Part shown: positions 9,465-16,598 of the stretch, piece after piece | Position numbering within the stretch: the stretch's first letter is position 1 | Layout of the letters: each line of letters opens with the position of its first letter | Assembly (NCBI RefSeq): GCF_001481685.1 | Contig: NZ_CP006867.1 | Location: 1,110,001-1,142,000 of the forward strand | DNA length: 32,000 nt | Direction: 5' to 3' | Source: Ignicoccus islandicus DSM 13165 | Lineage (GTDB): Archaea; Thermoproteota; Thermoprotei_A; Sulfolobales; Ignicoccaceae | Made by a program: the position numbers and the translations under genes | Notes under the pieces: model-generated | What the model saw: the letters and a program-made list of their open reading frames with translations, nothing else | Told to the model about the DNA's origin: nothing | Databases searched by the model: none

Positions 9465-9585
9465 TTTGAAGACGGGATCTGATCGATGATGAGCAGGCTA
9501 GTATATGACTCTAAAAATCAATTCCGTTACACCCCGTTGAGAAGCAATTAGTTACGGCCCCTACGAGCTCTTTTGGGAAGGTTCA

Positions 9586-10353
9586 ATGAATATTGAAGAG
9601 GGGTCGTTAGTTTTAATATACATCGATCGAAAGAGAAAGAAAATAGTTAGGGTCGAGAGAGGAAGGGAATACGCTAGCGATAGGGGCAAAATCGATCTAT
9701 CGGAACTGATTGGAAGGAGGTACGGGGAGGTTGTGGAAACGAGCTTGGGCTTCAAGGCCTATTTATTAATGCCAACGCTTGAAGACATACTATATTCTTT
9801 TTCTAGGAGAACTCAAGTTATCTACCCAAAGGACGTCGCTCTAATGGCAATCAAGTTAGGGGCCGGAAAGGGGAAGCGTTGCTTAGAAGGGGGTACCGGT
9901 TCGGGCTTCGTTACAGCAACCCTTTCTTGGTTCGGTTGCGAGGTACATACCTTCGAAGTGAGGAGGGAACATTTGGAGACGGCTAGATTGAACTTAAGGA
10001 AGTTTGGATTAAATGAGAACGTAACTTTCGTTAAAGCAAGTTTGAAGGAGGTTGCGGAAGTTTACCCAAAGGAATACTTCGACTTAGCAATAATTGACGT
10101 TGGAGATCCGTGGAAAGTGATCGACTCCGTCTGGGAAGTCCTTAAAGGCGGATCTTCAGTAGCCTTTTGGGTTCCAACCTTTAACCAATTAGAGAAATTA
10201 AAGGCAGCGATCCGAGGCAAGTTCATCTGGATAGAAGCCTTAGAGGTAAGCGAGAGGAGGCTTAAAGTGGAGGAAGGAGCCACCAGACCGGAACAATTCG
10301 GAATAACGTTTACCGGATACATGGCGATAGTCAGGAAGGTTAACAATAAGTAA
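9586..10353 (+). CDS. trmI: tRNA (adenine-N1)-methyltransferase, TrmI family
   Basis: GFKAYLLMPTLEDILYSFSRRTQVIYPKDVALMAIKLGAGKGKRCLEGGTGSGFVTATLS is the characteristic TrmI N-terminal region plus SAM motif I. Confidence 0.88.
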   Translation: MNIEEGSLVLIYIDRKRKKIVRVERGREYASDRGKIDLSELIGRRYGEVVETSLGFKAYLLMPTLEDILYSFSRRTQVIYPKDVALMAIKLGAGKGKRCLEGGTGSGFVTATLSWFGCEVHTFEVRREHLETARLNLRKFGLNENVTFVKASLKEVAEVYPKEYFDLAIIDVGDPWKVIDSVWEVLKGGSSVAFWVPTFNQLEKLKAAIRGKFIWIEALEVSERRLKVEEGATRPEQFGITFTGYMAIVRKVNNK

Positions 10354-10425
10354 AGGGGCACTTTCGTAACACTCCCTCCCCCTTAATTTCATCCGATTAC
10401 TAGCAATAGTTTTAGGGGGAAAGCA

Positions 10426-11151
10426 GTGTTAATAGCTGGTTGGAAGCCTTTCTCACTAGTAGACGTTGTTGGAAAGGTAACCTTTACTACGTGGGCCTGC
10501 GGCTGTAATTTGAAGTGCCCATTTTGCCACAATTGGAGAACTGCCGAGTGGCAAGGATGCGTGGAACTTCCAGTGAGCAAGTTTGAAGAAGAACTTAAGG
10601 ACGCGAGCGACTTCGTCGATTTACTCCACCTAACGGGAGGCGAACCTACGTTACAACCGAAGCTAGTTACGACGTTGAGCTCGATTGCCAAGAAGGTAGG
10701 TGTCCCGTTCTCTCTTAATACGAACTGCACCACTAAGCAATCAATAGAGTTAATAGAGGTAGCCGACCACGTAGCTACTGATATCAAGGTTCCTTACCAA
10801 GAACTCTATGGTCTTAACGGAGCTTTCGACGACCTTTGGAACACCTTCCTGAAATGCATCGAAAAGTTGGCTAGTATGGGGAAAGAAGTCGAACTCAGAA
10901 TACCCGTTGCCAAGGACTTAACTAAGAACTACTTAAACGAAATAAAGAGAATAATATCCATGTTCGATCCTTCGAAAGTTACGGTAGTAGTTAATCCACT
11001 AGTAACTGAACCCTTGACCGATCCTAGGGATAAGGAATGGTGCTCCAAGTACTGTTACAAGGGTAACATGGAATCTGATGAAGAGAATATGTGGAGAGAG
11101 GAGATTGGGGAGTTGGGAGTTAAAGTAAAGGTAAAGAGATGGTTAAACTAG
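10426..11151 (+). CDS. Radical SAM protein, anaerobic ribonucleotide reductase activase-like
   Basis: TTWACGCNLKCPFCHNW (CxxxCxxC) and DLLHLTGGEPTLQPKL. GTG start. Confidence 0.82.
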   Translation: MLIAGWKPFSLVDVVGKVTFTTWACGCNLKCPFCHNWRTAEWQGCVELPVSKFEEELKDASDFVDLLHLTGGEPTLQPKLVTTLSSIAKKVGVPFSLNTNCTTKQSIELIEVADHVATDIKVPYQELYGLNGAFDDLWNTFLKCIEKLASMGKEVELRIPVAKDLTKNYLNEIKRIISMFDPSKVTVVVNPLVTEPLTDPRDKEWCSKYCYKGNMESDEENMWREEIGELGVKVKVKRWLN

Positions 11152-11488
11152 AGTTCCTTCGGGACCTCTCTTTTACTTTGTTGCCAAGAAAAGGGAACAC
11201 TAAATTCGTTATCTCCTTACTAATCCCGCAAATACAAGTATAGAGGGCCACGTTGTTTTCCCTTGAGACCAACTCGCATTCCTTTCGAATAACGTCGGTA
11301 ACCCTTTCTCCTAGATCTAGTATTTCCTCATCCCTTACTTTAAATGACTTAAACTTGGACCCTTGCATAAACGTCACAACGTTGCTCGTCAAATCTATAT
11401 CCAAGCTCAACTCCGAGTCCATATCAAACACTTCCAAGTAGATGTCATCTTTACTCACGCTAACCTTTGCTGAACACGGCGCGATCAT
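11120..11488 (-). CDS. Hypothetical protein, 122 aa
   Basis: ORF flanked by intergenic sequence; convergent overlap with the radical SAM gene. No family recognised. Confidence 0.55.
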   Translation of the reverse strand: MIAPCSAKVSVSKDDIYLEVFDMDSELSLDIDLTSNVVTFMQGSKFKSFKVRDEEILDLGERVTDVIRKECELVSRENNVALYTCICGISKEITNLVFPFLGNKVKERSRRNSSLTISLPLL

Positions 11489-11587
11489 TCAATTTCCGCC
11501 ATATGTGAATAACTATAGTGTGAATATTAAACGTATGTTGTATTTTGCGCCTCAAAGCAATATTGGTCAGAAAGGTTTTGAGATACC

Positions 11588-12835
11588 GTGGGGATCGGAA
11601 TGCCTTCATTAAATTCACTTTTAAAAGAATTAGGAGCCGTAGACGTAGGAACGGTAGACGAATCGGAAGTTAGGGAGCTCATAAAGAAGTACGAGGAAGC
11701 GGGGAAGCCAGTAATTTATAAAGTAAAGGGTAGCGACGTAAGGGTAGCCTCCGCCTTATATTCTACAAGGAAGGCCGTACACAAAGCTCTCAATTCTGAA
11801 AACGACGTGGACGCTTACAAGAAGCTTATAGAAGCCAAAAAGGGTCAACTGATTGAAACTGAGTTCAATTTCGTTAAACTCAAGGACCTAGATGACTTGC
11901 CTTGGGTAAAGTTTTACCCGAAGGATGGGGGTAAGTATCACACTGCCTCTATATACATATCTTGTTACGAAGGAAAGTGCAACGCTTCCTTCCATAGAAC
12001 TATGAAACTCGATTCGAGAAGGTGCGCAGTCAGGTTAGTTCCTAGGCACTTGTTCACGTTACATAAGAAGGCCATTGAGAAAGGTGAGGAGCTACCGGTT
12101 GCTGTAGTAATTGGGGCACCTAGCGAGGTGGAGTTCGCATCGGCCTTGAGCCTACCCTTTGGTGTTTTCGAGCTAGAGGTTGCGGCCGGAATAGCTGGTT
12201 CCTTAGAGGTAGCTAGGACCCCAATTTACGGACTTCCCGTACCTAGGAATTCTGCTGTTGTAATAGAAGGGAGACTAACTAAGGAAAGGGTTAAGGAGGG
12301 ACCTTTCGTGGACCTCTTACACACTTACGATAAAGTTCGTGAAGAACCAGTATTGGAGGTCGATGCAGTCTATTGGAACCCTACTGAGCCCCTTCACCTG
12401 ATACTTCCCGGGGGGAGAGAGCACCAGTTCCTCATGGGTTATCCTAGGGAGGCATCGATATGGGACTCCGTAAGGAAAGTAGTGCCGGAAGTTCACAAAG
12501 TTAGGTTAACGCCTGGAGGAGGAATGTGGTTACATGCGGTTATTAGCATAACTAAAGCTAGCGACGGTGATGCGAAGAACGCCCTCTTGGCGGCCTTCGC
12601 TGGACACCCCTCATTAAAGCACGCGATAGTGGTGGACGAAGACGTTGATCCGGATGACCTTGAACAAGTGGAATGGGCTATAGCAACCAGGTTCCAAGCG
12701 AAGGACGATTTAATAGTAATTAATAACGCCAGGGGCTCCTCGTTGGATCCCAGCTCCAATGGACTTACTTCAAAGGTAGGAATAGACGCTACCAGACCAA
12801 TTAAGGAAAGGGATAAGTTCGAGAGGGTTTACTAG
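11588..12835 (+). CDS. UbiD-family decarboxylase (candidate anhydromevalonate phosphate decarboxylase)
   Basis: FHRTMKLDSRRCAVRLVPRHLFTLHKKAIEKGEELPVAVVIGAPSEVEFASALSLPFGVFELEVAAGIAG...YGLPVPRNSAVVIEGRLT: UbiD-type organisation. Alternative start at ATG 11600. Confidence 0.85.
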   Translation: MGIGMPSLNSLLKELGAVDVGTVDESEVRELIKKYEEAGKPVIYKVKGSDVRVASALYSTRKAVHKALNSENDVDAYKKLIEAKKGQLIETEFNFVKLKDLDDLPWVKFYPKDGGKYHTASIYISCYEGKCNASFHRTMKLDSRRCAVRLVPRHLFTLHKKAIEKGEELPVAVVIGAPSEVEFASALSLPFGVFELEVAAGIAGSLEVARTPIYGLPVPRNSAVVIEGRLTKERVKEGPFVDLLHTYDKVREEPVLEVDAVYWNPTEPLHLILPGGREHQFLMGYPREASIWDSVRKVVPEVHKVRLTPGGGMWLHAVISITKASDGDAKNALLAAFAGHPSLKHAIVVDEDVDPDDLEQVEWAIATRFQAKDDLIVINNARGSSLDPSSNGLTSKVGIDATRPIKERDKFERVY

Positions 12836-13317
12836 AACTCTTCCCACCACTCCTCCGAAGAAGCCAAGGCTTCGTAAACGTGTTCGGGAGGGGCGTACGT
12901 CGGAATTATCCCTAGCCTGCTCATGAGTTTGTCTACGAAATCTTTGGAGGAAACCCCTAAGAGGGGGGCGTAGGGGAGGTACTCGCTATATCTCGATACG
13001 AACGTTTTGGCTCCGTCGTAGTTGCCCTTCTCTACCATCCCCTCAACGGACTTTAATACGTTCCACAAGACCTTCCTAATTTCCTCAAGCAGTCTCTTCC
13101 CTTCCTCTGTAACCTCGAGGTACGTTTCGCTACCAAGAAGTTTCCTCTTCTTCTTGAGTCTAACGTAGCCCTTCTCAGTTAAGTCCTCTATCAAGTCGTT
13201 CATCATTTCTTTATCTATTTCTAGAATTTTAGATATCTCCTCGATGCTGTACCCCCTGTCGCTCAGAATGAGAATCAAGAGTTCCAAGGGCGTTACTTGG
13301 AAGACCACTGCCCTCAC
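12832..13317 (-). CDS. Predicted winged-helix/HTH protein
   Basis: TPLELLILILSDRGYSIEEISKILEIDKEMMNDLIEDLTEKGYVRLKKKRKLLGSETYLEVTEEGKRLLEEI resembles a wHTH fold. Confidence 0.6.
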   Translation of the reverse strand: MRAVVFQVTPLELLILILSDRGYSIEEISKILEIDKEMMNDLIEDLTEKGYVRLKKKRKLLGSETYLEVTEEGKRLLEEIRKVLWNVLKSVEGMVEKGNYDGAKTFVSRYSEYLPYAPLLGVSSKDFVDKLMSRLGIIPTYAPPEHVYEALASSEEWWEEF

Positions 13318-13325
13318 CTAACTCT

Positions 13326-13895
13326 TCAAACGATTACCACCTTATTCCTATTTATAAAGGAATAGAGGGCGGCAAGCGTTGTAACTGCCGAAGTTAATCC
13401 TAAGATTCCCTTAATTGCTGGATGTACCGGATCCGTCTCCATATCTATTAATCTGAACGCTTGTAGCGTTGGTACAAGGACCACTCTGTTTTCGAAGCCT
13501 TCTCCCGGATAGTACTCGTAAACTATTACGTCCTTCTGGACGCAAGCGTAGTACTTAATACCATTCTCTTTAATTAGATATTTGGTGCACGGTATAACTC
13601 CGTGCGGCAAACCGAGCGCCCCGAGTCCGACCTTAGTTTTTTCTTGAACCACTTGGTTGAATGCCACGAACTTGCTGGCGGGATTGAGTAACGTTTCGAA
13701 TGCTCCGCAATAATACGGGTCGCAAAAATACGTTTGCCAATTTACGTCTGAGGTAACGTAAGGTGGAACGTAATCAATTCTTAAAATCCCGTAACCTATT
13801 ATTGAACCGTCTTTGAGTATTGCCATTACGTTATACTTCAGCGTTAGGGCGAGTATCATGGACGGGAGTAGGAGCGTAATTAAGGCGAGTCTCAA
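13326..13895 (-). CDS. Hypothetical protein with hydrophobic N- and C-terminal segments
   Basis: MRLALITLLLPSMILALTL start and C-terminal LGLTSAVTTLAALYSFI. 9 bp from the preceding ORF in the same direction. Confidence 0.6.
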   Translation of the reverse strand: MRLALITLLLPSMILALTLKYNVMAILKDGSIIGYGILRIDYVPPYVTSDVNWQTYFCDPYYCGAFETLLNPASKFVAFNQVVQEKTKVGLGALGLPHGVIPCTKYLIKENGIKYYACVQKDVIVYEYYPGEGFENRVVLVPTLQAFRLIDMETDPVHPAIKGILGLTSAVTTLAALYSFINRNKVVIV

Positions 13896-14100
13896 CTTTT
13901 CGAAACCCTATATATTGATCTTTGCCTAGGGTAAAACGCGTTCAAGCAGTATTCCAGTAACATTGACTACAGTTTACGTTGAAAATAAGTTTTCAACGAA
14001 GAACTTCTTAAAACTGCATTGGAAACTGAAATTTCGTTTCCAATCTTATTCGGCTCTGTTAGTAATTTCGTTCTACGTTTCGAAGGTTCCGGAATGCCTT

Positions 14101-14126
14101 CTTTCCACTCAGTGTTAGGACTATAC
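14101..14126 (-). repeat. Possible severely decayed CRISPR repeat
   Basis: CTTTCCACTCAGTGTTAGGACTATAC matches the array repeat at 17/26 positions and the decayed repeat at 14160 at 18/26; 33 bp from the next decayed repeat. Confidence 0.35.
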
Positions 14127-14159
14127 GCGAGATATTAGCAAATTTACTAAGTTCAATAT

Positions 14160-14185
14160 ATTTCTATTCCCTATTTGGACTTTAC
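14160..14185 (-). repeat. Decayed leader-distal CRISPR repeat
   Basis: ATTTCTATTCCCTATTTGGACTTTAC matches the consensus at 20/26, spaced 37 bp from the first near-consensus repeat. Confidence 0.75.
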
Positions 14186-14222
14186 TTTATATAAGGATTC
14201 CCACCAAGTGGGCACATAAACT

Positions 14223-14915
14223 CTTTCTATTCCCTATTGGGTCTCTACACGAGTTGTCAGGCCTGAGCGCCAGGCCTGAGGAGGGGTTCGCTTTCTATTC
14301 CCTCTTGGATCTCTACACTTTTGAACGAACACACAGTTGCAGAAATCCGACTCGACAGACTTTCTATTCCCTCTTGGATCTCTACACGAAAAGAACAAGA
14401 GAATTCTCTCTGAACTCTCGTCGATCTTTCTATTCCCTCTTGGATCTCTACAAAGAGAGTCAATCAACGGAATTGGATGGAATGTTCTTAGATGCTTTCT
14501 ATTCCCTCTTGGATCTCTACAATTAATAGGAATGGGCCGGATCTGTAATTTGCCATGAAACTTTCTATTCCCTCTTGGATCTCTACAGGGGATTGGAAAG
14601 AAGAAGAGAAGAAGAAAAGGAAATTTCTTTCTATTCCCTCTTGGATCTCTACGCGGTCAAGTAACCGCAACGAAGTTAGCTGAACTAAGTGACTTTCTAT
14701 TCCCTCTTGGATCTCTACCGAACTAGCGATAAGTGTCAGAGCGTACAGCAGGAGCAAGCTTTCTATTCCCTCTTGGATCTCTACCTTACGATAGAATTCA
14801 TTGAGATCGTCGACGACATAGACTTTCTATTCCCTCTTGGATCTCTACCGAGTAGTATAACGTGAGGTGGGTCGGATGGAAGAGGAGAACTTTCTATTCC
14901 CTCTTGGATCTCTAC
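14223..14915 (-). CRISPR. CRISPR array: 11 repeats of 26 bp, 10 spacers of 38-43 bp, transcribed on the minus strand by inference
   Basis: Repeats start at 14223 (degenerate, 24/26), 14291, 14360, 14426, 14495, 14561, 14627, 14693, 14759, 14823 and 14890. + strand unit CTTTCTATTCCCTCTTGGATCTCTAC; crRNA-sense GTAGAGATCCAAGAGGGAATAGAAAG ends in the typical crenarchaeal GAAAG. Degenerate repeats at the left put the leader at the right. Confidence 0.98.
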
Positions 14916-15415
14916 CGTTGCCCTCCTATTTAAACAACCAATTCTCCATCTTTTAACCCTTTCCCTTAGCTCTCCTTTCCACATTCACACCTTCCCTTTC
15001 AGAACTTAAATTCAATTAGTTGTCCAATATATGCATGTATGTGCTTGTATAAGGTAGGCTGGAGTAGAAATCCCCATGATCATCAGAGTTCCCATGATCG
15101 CTTATTAACCCCTCTAAGCTCCTTCTCATTGTAAAGATCAATCTTGAAAGGACCGTGTACTGATGGTATAACCTCTGGATTGGTAAATCTTATTTGGTTT
15201 TGCAAATACAATGTTGAATGATTGAGTTGAAATGGAATTGACCATTGGGAAGTCTAGTAGAAACTGAAGGTGCTTAAGAAGACCATTGTTTCTGAATTCA
15301 AATGGTTAAGGTTGAGGGAATGAGTAAATTGATTATGAATGAATGGAAAAGCGAATTTGGACAAGAGGTGGAGATGGGCATTCACCATGGGATGGTGAAT
15401 AAATTGGGAATGGAA
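14916..15415 (-). promoter_or_regulatory. Putative CRISPR leader / promoter region
   Basis: No credible ORF in about 500 bp next to the leader-proximal repeat. Minus strand reads GGTTAAAAGA...TTGTTTAAATAGG just before the first repeat (TATA-like at 14927-14934). Confidence 0.5.
15380..15400. repeat. Perfect 9-bp inverted repeat ATTCACCAT-GGG-ATGGTGAAT
   Basis: Direct reading, about 18 bp upstream of the TATA box of the following gene. Confidence 0.8.
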
Positions 15416-15417
15416 AC

Positions 15418-15436
15418 TTATAAATAGGTATACCTA
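15418..15436 (+). promoter_or_regulatory. TATA box (TTATAAATA) followed by the 12-bp palindrome TAGGTATACCTA
   Basis: CTTATAAATAGGTATACCTA, about 60 bp upstream of the ATG at 15483; palindrome at 15425-15436. Confidence 0.55.
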
Positions 15437-15482
15437 ACCTTTAATCCGCGTATAGGTTTGACCTTACGGAGAGTGGAAATTC

Positions 15483-15806
15483 ATGAAGGTGGCTGTTACG
15501 TGCGAATGCATAAAGGGTAAGTGTACCGTGTCTCATCACTTCGGTTTGGCACCGCTGATTTGCATATACGAAAACGGTAAGGAAGTGGAAAGGTTCCTTA
15601 ACCCATATATAAAGGCTGAAAGGAGGAGGGGTCGATCGCTAGTCGAGTACTTAATTAGAAAGGGCGTAAACGTAATAGTAGCTCCAGAAGCCGGAGGACC
15701 CGGTGTTACGGAAGCCGCATTGACTTATGGCGTTAAGATAATTACAAAGGCCCCTGGAACGCCAGTCGAGGAAGTGCTTAAGGAGATATTTGGAGCGCTT
15801 CCTTAA
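15483..15806 (+). CDS. NifX/NifB dinitrogenase iron-molybdenum cofactor-domain protein
   Basis: MKVAVTCE...VSHHFGLAPLICIYENGKEV...LVEYLIRKGVNVIVAPEAGGPGVTEAALTYGVKIITKAPGTPVEEVLKE. Confidence 0.85.
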   Translation: MKVAVTCECIKGKCTVSHHFGLAPLICIYENGKEVERFLNPYIKAERRRGRSLVEYLIRKGVNVIVAPEAGGPGVTEAALTYGVKIITKAPGTPVEEVLKEIFGALP

Positions 15807-15844
15807 ATTACTGGTAACTGGCGAAAGCATTTACGGGTACTAGG

Positions 15845-16588
15845 TTGAAGCTTACCTTCATCGACGCAAGGGCATGGAAATATATCATGCAATCAATAGT
15901 GAAAGCAGTTAGCGAAACAACGATCAAAGTTTCTCAAGAAGGTCTAAGGATAAAAACAATGGATGAAGCGAAAATAGTACTGATAGATTTCTTCCTACCT
16001 GCTAGCAGTTTTTCAGAATACGAAATTGATGGTGAACTGGAGTTCGGCGTGAACCTAGAGGACTTGGTGAAGGTCCTTCGAAGGGCACAAAAAGAAGACG
16101 TGTTAACTTTAGAAGTAGGCGAGAGCAACTACAGCATAACGTTTAAGGGGAAGGGTATAAGGAGGTTCACGCTTCCTCAGCTCGACTTAGCGGGAGAAAA
16201 CATTCCAGAAGTGGACCTCCAACTAGACGTGAAAGCTACGATGACTCCAGACGTATACAGAGAAATAGTGAAGGACTTGGAACCCATTGCTGACACTGTT
16301 ACCTTCGTGGCAGAACCCTCGAGTTTGAGGATAGAGGCGGTGAGCGACCTAGGAGAGGCCGAAATAGACGTACCCACAGAGACGGTTCTAACTGGTTATG
16401 AAGTTAATGAAGAGAACTTGCCGGCGAAGTCGTCCTATGGAGTCGAACACCTAACGTACGTTACTCAAGTATCTCAAATCTCCAATGAAGCTATCTTGGA
16501 GTTTAGTAACGAAATGCCTCTGAGAATAACCTTCACCCTCCCGGAAGGTGGTTCGTTTGTCTACATCGTCGCGCCAAGGGTATTCTAA
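15845..16588 (+). CDS. pcn: DNA polymerase sliding clamp (PCNA)
   Basis: FIDARAWKYIMQSIVKAVSETTIKVSQEGLRIKTMDEAKIVLIDFFLPASSFSEYEIDGE...NLEDLVKVLRRA and C-terminal PLRITFTLPEGGSFVYIVAPRV. Confidence 0.97.
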   Translation: MKLTFIDARAWKYIMQSIVKAVSETTIKVSQEGLRIKTMDEAKIVLIDFFLPASSFSEYEIDGELEFGVNLEDLVKVLRRAQKEDVLTLEVGESNYSITFKGKGIRRFTLPQLDLAGENIPEVDLQLDVKATMTPDVYREIVKDLEPIADTVTFVAEPSSLRIEAVSDLGEAEIDVPTETVLTGYEVNEENLPAKSSYGVEHLTYVTQVSQISNEAILEFSNEMPLRITFTLPEGGSFVYIVAPRVF

Positions 16589-16598
16589 ACTAGAAGGT

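Noticed and set aside
12832-13895. Two minus-strand hypothetical genes near the array as candidate cas or CRISPR-accessory genes
   Set aside because: One looks like a plain winged-helix protein and the other a signal-peptide/TM protein. Neither has nuclease, RAMP or helicase motifs, and proximity alone is not evidence.
14036-14061. A third possible fossil CRISPR repeat (GTTTCCAATCTTATTCGGCTCTGTTA)
   Set aside because: Only 14/26 matches, and it overlaps the right arm of a hairpin that already explains the sequence. Spacing is array-like but the evidence is too weak.
14587-14626. Polypurine spacer (AGGGGATTGGAAAGAAGAAGAGAAGAAGAAAAGGAAATTT) as something other than a spacer
   Set aside because: It has exact spacer length (40 bp) between perfect repeats; low complexity alone does not make it special.
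14234-14984. ORFs across the CRISPR array encoding repeated peptides such as VEIQEGIES or FYSLLDLY
   Set aside because: They are translations of the 26-bp CRISPR repeat in different frames. Spacer-length variation breaks the frame and there is no coding signal between repeats.
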